Positions 57,426 through 64,000 of a stretch of 64,000 nucleotides of DNA are shown here, piece after piece; within the stretch, counting starts at the first letter, position 1, and each line of letters starts with the position of its first letter. The stretch lies in the IMG/VR virus record IMGVR_UViG_3300037246_001058, positions 2,020 through 66,019 of that record; one strand, 5' to 3'. The notes beneath the pieces are model-generated. The model was not told the origin of the DNA and made no database searches. It saw only the letters and a list, made by a program, of their open reading frames with translations. Position numbers and translations under genes: made by a program. This DNA is from a virus. Lineage: Duplodnaviria > Caudoviricetes.

Positions 57426-58121
57426 TTAGAATGGTTCCAGTCGGATGTAGTCCACGTGAACGGCCATGGCCTTGGATTTATACGGAACCCACTGCATTAG
57501 CTGAATGTCGTTGCCACCAGCCCACTTAGCTTCCTTGTAAAGCGGATACGTAATGATGTGCCAATCTTCTCCCATCTGTTCGAAGTATGGCCTTTCCGTT
57601 GTTGTCGTCTGATTGTTAATACTACCATCACCGCCACGTCTCCAGTAGAACAGGCCAGTCCAGTCCTCGGGGGTCAGTTCGGACTCAAGTCGCAGCCTGA
57701 TGCGTAGGTACCTGTAGTCATCCGGCGAGAAGAAGGGATCCGGTGCAATGAAGACGCCACCCAGATTATTGTCAGTCCTCGACATTCGCGTGTACGTTAC
57801 ATTCCCGTCTGTCCCTGCCGAGAGGGTGGTCCCAACGATGGGGGACCAACCAGCCATCGCATCGTAATCGAGTGCGGTCGAGGCCGGGTCTACGCCAGTA
57901 TCTTGGTCAACGCGCGGGTTGCGCAGGGCCTGTGCGTCCGTGTAGTCGATGCGTCCAGCCAGGTTCTGCGGGTGGTCGGGGTCCCAGCAGTCAGGGCATA
58001 CAAGGAGGTTCGTTCGGTTGAGGTTGACGATCTCGTTCTTCAGCTTCGAGAGCTTCCAAGTCCAACCACACCGGTCACAAATGCCGGGGGCCTTCTTGCC
58101 TGTTGCGAATGCTCTACCCAT
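57426..58121 (-). CDS. Virion-associated Zn-finger protein with extra C-terminal beta domain
   Basis: CDRCG...VCPDCWDPDHPQ...QALRNPR followed by a CBM-like region. Confidence 0.6.
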   Translation of the reverse strand: MGRAFATGKKAPGICDRCGWTWKLSKLKNEIVNLNRTNLLVCPDCWDPDHPQNLAGRIDYTDAQALRNPRVDQDTGVDPASTALDYDAMAGWSPIVGTTLSAGTDGNVTYTRMSRTDNNLGGVFIAPDPFFSPDDYRYLRIRLRLESELTPEDWTGLFYWRRGGDGSINNQTTTTERPYFEQMGEDWHIITYPLYKEAKWAGGNDIQLMQWVPYKSKAMAVHVDYIRLEPF

Positions 58122-58843
58122 TAGTATCCAGTCAGGTCCGGTACGATCCTGAGATCCTCCTTGATGCGATCCTCTTCTGTTGCTTCTTTGAACAACTCGG
58201 TGTACTCTAGCTTCAGCAGCTGGGAGCGTTCCGGCGCAATCTTGATGGAGAGTCGATGAGCCAGGCCATAGACAAGGGACGGGAGGAAGCGCTCGGGAAT
58301 CTCCATGGTGCTCGCGATGGAGCCGGTGGAGTCCGCCATCCGACGCATGCGCCAGTAGACGAAGGTGTACTTGCTTGTCTCGTCCGGGACGGGCCAGAGG
58401 GTGACTGTGCTGGGCCGATCTACACCGGCCGTCACATCAGTCACTGCGATGCGGTTGTACACGTACTGCGTGGGTCGCCCGGTCTGTAGCTTGGCGGGGA
58501 ACTGGGAGTACGTGGTCCAAGAGATGCGCTCCATGGTTATGTCTGCCTGTAGCGCTGTGTCCCCGTCATCTGTTCTGATAACTGCATCTAGGATGCTAAT
58601 CGTGTCTTGGGGTATGTCGTACGTATGGGTGCCAGCGGTGATCACGGATGCAGCTATAGACACCTCCTCGACCATCCAGAGGTTCAAGCCCTTGTTGGCC
58701 CACTCCAGGGTGAGGTAGTTCAGCGAGCGCCTGGCTGTGCGCAGGTCATTGCCTGACCGCAGCTCCTTGCCACACAGCTCGAAGGCTTCCTCGATGAGGT
58801 CCCCGATCTCTGGATTGAAGACGGCTGTAGTTCCTATCGCCAT
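58121..58843 (-). CDS. Head-closure/tail tubular adaptor protein
   Basis: IEEAFE.CG...ARRSLN....EWANKGLNLW...GRPTQY...LWPVPD...PERFLP. Confidence 0.7.
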   Translation of the reverse strand: MAIGTTAVFNPEIGDLIEEAFELCGKELRSGNDLRTARRSLNYLTLEWANKGLNLWMVEEVSIAASVITAGTHTYDIPQDTISILDAVIRTDDGDTALQADITMERISWTTYSQFPAKLQTGRPTQYVYNRIAVTDVTAGVDRPSTVTLWPVPDETSKYTFVYWRMRRMADSTGSIASTMEIPERFLPSLVYGLAHRLSIKIAPERSQLLKLEYTELFKEATEEDRIKEDLRIVPDLTGY

Positions 58844-58942
58844 TTTCTCTCAATTCCTTCACTGATCACGACGAATGCCGCGATAAAAAAACATATAATC
58901 AGAATGAATGGTAGCGTGATCCAGAGGAAGATTTCCCCCAGC

Positions 58943-59530
58943 CTACGCAACCACGTCCGCCAGCCCCGCCTCGACAATTTCTTTCCCACCAAGCAGCCAG
59001 TACTCTGCCGTCTTCTCTGTTTTAGCCTTCCACCACTTGGCATCGTTCGGCGTGTACCTAGCCATCAGCTCTCCCCAGTACACGTGGTAGAAGTCATCTA
59101 CCTTGCGTCGATCCTTGGCTGCCCGGTATCCCAGATCACCCGAAGAGCCCGTGGACTCGTGTGACATAAGGATGGTAGACTCTGCTACGATTCTATGATG
59201 TCCGCATGCCAGGATCAGCACACCAGCTGAGCAGACCTGCCCGTAGGCATAGATCGTGACGTTGCCATGGCGCCGGATGGTGTCATGAATCGCGAACATG
59301 CTGACCTCGTCCCCGCCAGGCGTGCTGAGGTGCAGCTCGATGGGTTCCTTCCCGAGGTGCTCAACCACCGTGTGGAACCACTCCCCCGTGTCTTCCTCGA
59401 TGACGTCAGTGAGGTGGATGATTCTCTTCTTCCAGTCCAGCCCCAGATTGATGACGTGGCTGAGGAGAGGGGCAGGTACCAGGCCTACTTCCTCATCGTC
59501 GATAACGATATCGAAGATCCCCTTATGCAT
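58943..59530 (-). CDS. clpP: ClpP-like serine protease
   Basis: LSTPGG, catalytic Ser in CSAG, His in LMSH, terminal G.AD.V. Confidence 0.85.
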   Translation of the reverse strand: MHKGIFDIVIDDEEVGLVPAPLLSHVINLGLDWKKRIIHLTDVIEEDTGEWFHTVVEHLGKEPIELHLSTPGGDEVSMFAIHDTIRRHGNVTIYAYGQVCSAGVLILACGHHRIVAESTILMSHESTGSSGDLGYRAAKDRRKVDDFYHVYWGELMARYTPNDAKWWKAKTEKTAEYWLLGGKEIVEAGLADVVA

Positions 59531-60578
59531 TGATCTTGATCACCTTCTCAATTTCCTGATCAGTCAAGTTGACGACCGCCAGGTTCTGTGAGGCAGGTTC
59601 ACCCGGGAACGCCCCCGAGTTAGAATACCCATTCTCCCCCACCAGGGAGCCATTCTGCATGTGCGCGAAGTGATGTGACACTAGCGCTGAGGCTGAGTGG
59701 TAGTGCCCCTGCACCCAGGCATTGAAGTTGTACGTCCGCTTCATCTCTGCCAGGAATCCCCAGTTGGGGACCATCACACCGGTCGGCCCTCTGGCCACCT
59801 TGCACTTGGCTGCGTGACCATGCGTGTACATGGTCCTGAACCCAGCCACCTCTTCCACTGTCCAGTTCGTTTCCGCAACGTGGAACTTGACCTTCGGGAA
59901 GTCTCCCTCAAGTCGTCTGTAGATCTCTGAGTCGTAGCTCCGTGCCGCCTCCAGGCCCGGGATCATTTCCTTGCTGTCTCGCCCGTGGTTGCTGAAGCTG
60001 CCTACGAACGACAGAGACTCTACCGGCACTTCTTTCCAGAGAATGCCAAGCTCCTCCTTCAGCATCTCGTACGTCAGCCGCATCTCCACGAGGGGCTCTA
60101 CGTCTACACAACGCTCCATCTTATAGTGCAGGTCTGCGTTGACCATCCAATCCCCGCCACCCCATACGGTGAGGTGAACTGGATCGTGATTTCTGGAGTC
60201 GTCTTTAATGTGCTCAATTGACTGCATGATGACAGACCGGAGACGCTCTCGGCCAATGTCTGGATTGTGCTCGTTACGACCACCTGTTTCCTCCTTGCGT
60301 ACGATCTCCCTGCTGTGCGTGTCACTGAGGTGAAGCTGGTATGCGCGAGGATTCTTCTTGCGCTTGTACGCCACCCTGACGCGCTTGTTCTCTACCTTGC
60401 CCTCGAAGGCCTCCGCCATCCTGAGGCGGTTGTGGAGGACCTGAATCTCCTCCTCCTGCAACCGCATGATCTTGCGGTACTTGGCTATGTCCTCTCGTTC
60501 GAGCTTGCTGAAGTATGTCCTCATTCCAGAAAGAGACTTCCTGGCCTCGATCAATTCCAGCTTCTGGTTCTCGTCCAT
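59523..60578 (-). CDS. Calcineurin-like metallophosphoesterase
   Basis: LSDTH, GGDW, SNHGR, THGH, GHYH and NGSLVG motifs after an N-terminal coiled coil. Confidence 0.82.
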   Translation of the reverse strand: MDENQKLELIEARKSLSGMRTYFSKLEREDIAKYRKIMRLQEEEIQVLHNRLRMAEAFEGKVENKRVRVAYKRKKNPRAYQLHLSDTHSREIVRKEETGGRNEHNPDIGRERLRSVIMQSIEHIKDDSRNHDPVHLTVWGGGDWMVNADLHYKMERCVDVEPLVEMRLTYEMLKEELGILWKEVPVESLSFVGSFSNHGRDSKEMIPGLEAARSYDSEIYRRLEGDFPKVKFHVAETNWTVEEVAGFRTMYTHGHAAKCKVARGPTGVMVPNWGFLAEMKRTYNFNAWVQGHYHSASALVSHHFAHMQNGSLVGENGYSNSGAFPGEPASQNLAVVNLTDQEIEKVIKINA

Positions 60579-60605
60579 CGGTACCCCACATGATCAGTTC
60601 ACTAC

Positions 60606-60614
60606 AGTATAGCA
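60606..60614 (-). promoter_or_regulatory. Extended -10 promoter for phosphoesterase-clpP
   Basis: Minus strand TGCTATACT, 27 nt upstream of the ATG at 60578. Confidence 0.45.
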
Positions 60615-60636
60615 GATATGGAGCACTTCAGGGTCA

Positions 60637-60921
60637 CTATCTGATGAGCGGTAGGGCCAGCCAGATCCAGCCTGCGGTGTGAAATACCTGCCCCACGCAG
60701 GCACCAATCATGCAGAACTTGGTATCACGAATCGTGTCGTCGAGCCTGTCGATCGGGAGCTGCTTTACGAACTCCCTCCAGAAGGTGTAGGCGAAGCTCG
60801 GGGCTGCGGAGAACAAGATAGATGGCAAGAAGCCGATCAGGACGAAGTGCAGCGTCTGGTCCACCATGTCCCGTTGCTTGCGATTCAGTAGGTTTCGATA
60901 CCATTCTGGCCCCTTAGACAT
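60637..60921 (-). CDS. Small membrane protein
   Basis: DQTLHF...DT..D pattern with hydrophobic segments; in the lysis region. Confidence 0.5.
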   Translation of the reverse strand: MSKGPEWYRNLLNRKQRDMVDQTLHFVLIGFLPSILFSAAPSFAYTFWREFVKQLPIDRLDDTIRDTKFCMIGACVGQVFHTAGWIWLALPLIR

Positions 60922-61339
60922 TGATCTGATATCCCTTGCCGTCGAATGTCGGCTTGTACTCGTGCCTCTGCCGCGTCGGGGCGGGCGCCTTGGTGGGCTC
61001 GGTCATGACGTCGTCAAAGATCTCGAACTCCTCGGGGAAGCAGTGCTGTAGCAGCGCTCCGGTGGCCAAGACGCCTGGCATGATATCCCGTATCTGATCC
61101 TCGGGACCGTAGAAGGCGTTGTTCTCAATGATGGCCTCAGCCAAGTCGATCGTGTAGTAGAATGAGATCCACTCGTCTGTGTTCCACTTAGGGCAGTCCG
61201 GGCTGGCGTCAATTATCCTCGGGACGAATCCCTGACAACCGGCCAACGACACTGCGCAGGCGGTCAACAGTAGGACGCGCCAGAAGTGCGCGAGCCAGTT
61301 TCCCCGCTGATAGTGCGAGTTGCTCCTTGAGTGTTTCAT
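60914..61339 (-). CDS. o-spanin-like lipoprotein
   Basis: Lipobox LAGC; starts inside the upstream i-spanin-like gene in another frame. Confidence 0.55.
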   Translation of the reverse strand: MKHSRSNSHYQRGNWLAHFWRVLLLTACAVSLAGCQGFVPRIIDASPDCPKWNTDEWISFYYTIDLAEAIIENNAFYGPEDQIRDIMPGVLATGALLQHCFPEEFEIFDDVMTEPTKAPAPTRQRHEYKPTFDGKGYQINV

Positions 61340-61448
61340 TCTCAGTCTCCAGTTCCCCGATGCGCTTGTACGCCTTCCGAGCCATGATGCCGAATGTCAG
61401 CACCAGGGTTACGAGGGCCACGCCCAGCGAGAGGGCGAACCATCCCAT
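61209..61448 (-). CDS. i-spanin-like protein
   Basis: N-terminal TM plus coiled coil, directly after the holin. Confidence 0.55.
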   Translation of the reverse strand: MGWFALSLGVALVTLVLTFGIMARKAYKRIGELETENETLKEQLALSAGKLARALLARPTVDRLRSVVGRLSGIRPEDN

Positions 61449-61451
61449 GTC

Positions 61452-61622
61452 CTACTCCTTGTTCTTGGCCTTGCCTACGTTGAGGGCCAGGGCGTTGATC
61501 ACGGCGGCGAGCCACTTGGGCATCTTGTCGTCAGGCACAAAGGCGCTGACTACTGCGGCAATGGCGCCGACCAGCAAGAGGATGACTCCACCGTTAGGAA
61601 TTAGTTCTGCGATTTCATTCAT
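61452..61622 (-). CDS. Putative holin (56 aa)
   Basis: Not in the track. MNEIAELIPNGGVILLLVGAIAAVVSAFVPDDKMPKWLAAVINALALNVGKAKNKE*. Confidence 0.6.
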   Translation of the reverse strand: MNEIAELIPNGGVILLLVGAIAAVVSAFVPDDKMPKWLAAVINALALNVGKAKNKE

Positions 61623-62733
61623 TGGGTGTCCTGTCTCTGCTCAGCGCCACAGCGTTGAACAGTATTAGCCCGGACAGATCGTCCGAGATTGTGAGCGAGA
61701 GATAGTTGCTCTCGGCACTTCCTACGAGCACTACTGGCTCGGTGAATTTGATATCTACTACCATCATGGTGTTCGTACCGTCACTCAGCAGGGTTCCCAT
61801 CTCGGCACTGAACCTGAACATGTCGCTGAGCTGACTGATGGACACTGACGTGAGGACCTGTCCGTTCTCGACCCGCTTGTACTGGATGCCAACCGGCAGC
61901 CTGGAGAGGCCGAGAATCTTGTTGTACGATAGGCCGGTGACCGTTCCGTCCGCCACCTTTGCCGTGACGTCATCGACCAGCGTGTACCTGAGTCCGACCA
62001 CTGTCTTGTCAGCTGCTGTTTCCTTCAGCATCCTGAACTCGCGCGGTGTTCCGGTCTGCTCGAACTGGAGGTCATCCATGTAGAAGGTCGGGCCGGTTGC
62101 GCCCTTGCTCACGCACGTGACTCTCATCGCGTCCAGCGTCCCGGGCAATAGGCCGAGGTCTGAATAGGTGATTGTCATGTTCTGCCAAAGGCCGAACTCC
62201 TGCTCATTGATGTAGCTGGTCAGGTTGACTGTGTTGCCTACGACAAGCCCCGTCCCAGTATCCCACCCGGATACCGTGAACTCATCGCCGGCACCCCAGT
62301 TGCTGTCGATGTAGACAGACATGGTGAAGGCGACGTATGACTCGATGGTCATGGGTCCGGTCTTCGTGAACTGAACCACGTCATTGACTCGGGCGTTCAC
62401 CCATACCACTGACTTCGTACCGTTGTTCGCCTGCGCCGTACTCTCGTCTACTGCGCGGTTCCCTACTGGCTCAGAGAAGACCCAGTCAACCGGTGACGTC
62501 TCCGACCCATTACATACTACGTCCGGCGTATCCGAGAAGCCACCATTGATGGCCATGTTGATGCCGACGTCTGGGTTCAGGAAGAAGACGCTGGCTGAGT
62601 CGTACTCGTCGTACGGCCTCGTGTACGCAACTACACCCGCTGCACCGTCTTTGTGTATGACCGATGCGTCGTGTATATCGCCGTGCACTGGATCAATTCC
62701 AGTTACGGCCCTGCCTACGGGATAGTTCGGCAA
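61615..62733 (-). CDS. Structural protein with carbohydrate-binding-like domain
   Basis: 372 aa, beta-rich, ...WQNMTI...FYMDDLQF. Confidence 0.5.
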   Translation of the reverse strand: MPNYPVGRAVTGIDPVHGDIHDASVIHKDGAAGVVAYTRPYDEYDSASVFFLNPDVGINMAINGGFSDTPDVVCNGSETSPVDWVFSEPVGNRAVDESTAQANNGTKSVVWVNARVNDVVQFTKTGPMTIESYVAFTMSVYIDSNWGAGDEFTVSGWDTGTGLVVGNTVNLTSYINEQEFGLWQNMTITYSDLGLLPGTLDAMRVTCVSKGATGPTFYMDDLQFEQTGTPREFRMLKETAADKTVVGLRYTLVDDVTAKVADGTVTGLSYNKILGLSRLPVGIQYKRVENGQVLTSVSISQLSDMFRFSAEMGTLLSDGTNTMMVVDIKFTEPVVLVGSAESNYLSLTISDDLSGLILFNAVALSRDRTPNE

Positions 62734-62736
62734 TTC

Positions 62737-63318
62737 TTACTCGAAATAGAAGTGGACCGAACCGAATACTCGGGAGTCCGCAGTGCTGGTGAAGTCAAGC
62801 TCAAGGCCGACGGCCTGATCCTGTCCGAGGCGGAGGGTGTCGTCTAGCTCGAAGTTGACGCCACTGTACGCGCCGCCAGAATGGCTCACGGTCCAGATTT
62901 CCCCACTGGACACGAGCACCATCGGTGTGCCACCGGAGCTGTCGGTCGTGGCCAGGCAGGTCACGGACGCAGACTTGGGAGCAGCACGGTTGGAGCACAG
63001 CGGGGTGACTGCCGTGCCACCGGAGGTGACAGCGCTGATCGTGTGCAGCTTGTAGATGTTGGAAACAGCCTCGCCGCCGATCTGAACATCATGGATGATC
63101 AGGTGCTTGCCGTTGGTGTTCCCGTTCTTGAGGTAGAACACGAAGTCCGCAGCGTCAGCGTTGGCGTCATCGAAGTTGAACGTGAATGTCTCCGAGGTGT
63201 CGCGCGAGTTGTAATAGATGCGCTCATCCGTACGAGACGATACATTGAGACGACCGTCCGACCCATGCGCGACTTCGCGCTTGCCGTCAATGTCATTGAA
63301 GAAGTCAAGTAGTGCCAT
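62737..63318 (-). CDS. Putative structural protein
   Basis: 193 aa, beta-rich, GAGGA RBS. Confidence 0.55.
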   Translation of the reverse strand: MALLDFFNDIDGKREVAHGSDGRLNVSSRTDERIYYNSRDTSETFTFNFDDANADAADFVFYLKNGNTNGKHLIIHDVQIGGEAVSNIYKLHTISAVTSGGTAVTPLCSNRAAPKSASVTCLATTDSSGGTPMVLVSSGEIWTVSHSGGAYSGVNFELDDTLRLGQDQAVGLELDFTSTADSRVFGSVHFYFE

Positions 63319-63320
63319 TG

Positions 63321-63488
63321 TTATTCCTCTAGGTCTTGCTCGGTGAGGTTTTCACCATTGAGTCTGCTTAGGTTCAGGTTGACCAGCTTCAGCTGGCGAC
63401 AGATATCTTCAAGGAGAAGTTCTACTACGGCCCGATCCATCGACTCGGTTTTGCCGCTCTTCCCCTTTGCGCCGATCGTGAAGCTCAT
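63321..63488 (-). CDS. Small hypothetical protein (55 aa)
   Basis: Hand-translated MSFTIGAKGK...LLLEDICRQLKLVNLNL...; ATGA-coupled. Confidence 0.5.
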   Translation of the reverse strand: MSFTIGAKGKSGKTESMDRAVVELLLEDICRQLKLVNLNLSRLNGENLTEQDLEE

Positions 63489-63748
63489 CCGAACACCCAC
63501 AATCTGTACGTGGGAGCGTCACTGACAGAGCGCAGTATGATCTTCTCTTCGGTCAGGTTGAGGGACAGCGTCTCGGAGGCTTTCAGTGTGCCCCACGCCT
63601 CTGCCGTAGTGAACCGGAACTGTAGGTCATCATGATTTGAATCGTTCATCAGCATGATGTGCCGAGACTTCTTGTTGAACGTGATCGTTGAACTGCCCTC
63701 AATCTCGCCCTCGTAAGACTCAAAGTTCCTGTACGCCGGATCGCTCAT
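63485..63748 (-). CDS. Small beta-rich hypothetical protein
   Basis: 87 aa, ATGA-coupled. Confidence 0.55.
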   Translation of the reverse strand: MSDPAYRNFESYEGEIEGSSTITFNKKSRHIMLMNDSNHDDLQFRFTTAEAWGTLKASETLSLNLTEEKIILRSVSDAPTYRLWVFG

Positions 63749-64000
63749 TGAGCCAATGCCTGGAATGCTCCGGCCACCGCTATGAACAGCCCGACGAGCC
63801 CGCCGATCACCCAGCGCATAGTGGTGAAGCGCTTGTTGTCTTCGTCCGCGTGTCCGTTGATCTTCGTCTCGACGCGCTCGACGTCAGCCTCAACCTCACT
63901 GACCCTATTGGCAGTGCTGGCGTGAAGCTCGAACATCTCTCTCCGATGGTCCTTCAAATCGCTGATCATCGTGGCCTGTCCGGTGGCGAGGGTTTCTATG
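63745..64000 (-). CDS. Coiled-coil + C-terminal TM protein (5' end probably outside window)
   Basis: Frame stays open to the window edge; coiled coil followed by a hydrophobic tail. Confidence 0.45.
   Translation of the reverse strand, partial: IETLATGQATMISDLKDHRREMFELHASTANRVSEVEADVERVETKINGHADEDNKRFTTMRWVIGGLVGLFIAVAGAFQALAQ

Overview
The whole window reads as most of the genome of a tailed dsDNA bacteriophage, probably podovirus-like. Its head and tail genes resemble, by recall and not by search, those of marine HTVC010P/uvMED-type phages. An overlapping spanin pair points to a diderm host. Layout: (i) 1-10.1 kb, minus strand: major capsid (cut by the window edge), decoration, scaffold, GroES, portal, TerL, two Lys-rich proteins and tRNA-Thr(UGU). 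(ii) 10.1-11.6 kb: divergence region with few convincing genes. (iii) 11.6-29.4 kb, plus strand: early/accessory genes including RtcB, a DUF3150-like/AAA+/DUF2201-VWA trio and an inverted, displaced TerS-like gene. (iv) 29.1-33.3 kb, minus strand: RusA-like resolvase, Twinkle/T7 gp4-like primase-helicase and five small paralogue-like ORFs. (v) 33.7-41.4 kb, plus strand: PD-(D/E)xK nuclease, Sak-like annealase, SSB-like, DUF4406, SLOG and an Rnl2-type RNA ligase. (vi) 41.4-64 kb, minus strand: internal virion and tail genes, a phosphoesterase-ClpP insert, spanins and a holin. No integrase, DNA polymerase, RNA polymerase or endolysin was recognised. The strongest unexplained signal is a 15-bp degenerate palindrome, GGGTCYRSYRGACCH, found 16 times, all between 10.7 and 24.8 kb. 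It marks gene boundaries, supplies the last base of the stop codon of five genes, and comes in duplicated motif+RBS pairs, giving a gene-cassette-like architecture. The second is a tandem array of five micro-proteins sharing WLxxGWxP behind the helicase, with 17-bp junction repeats. All family names are assigned from recognisable motifs by eye; no database searches were run.
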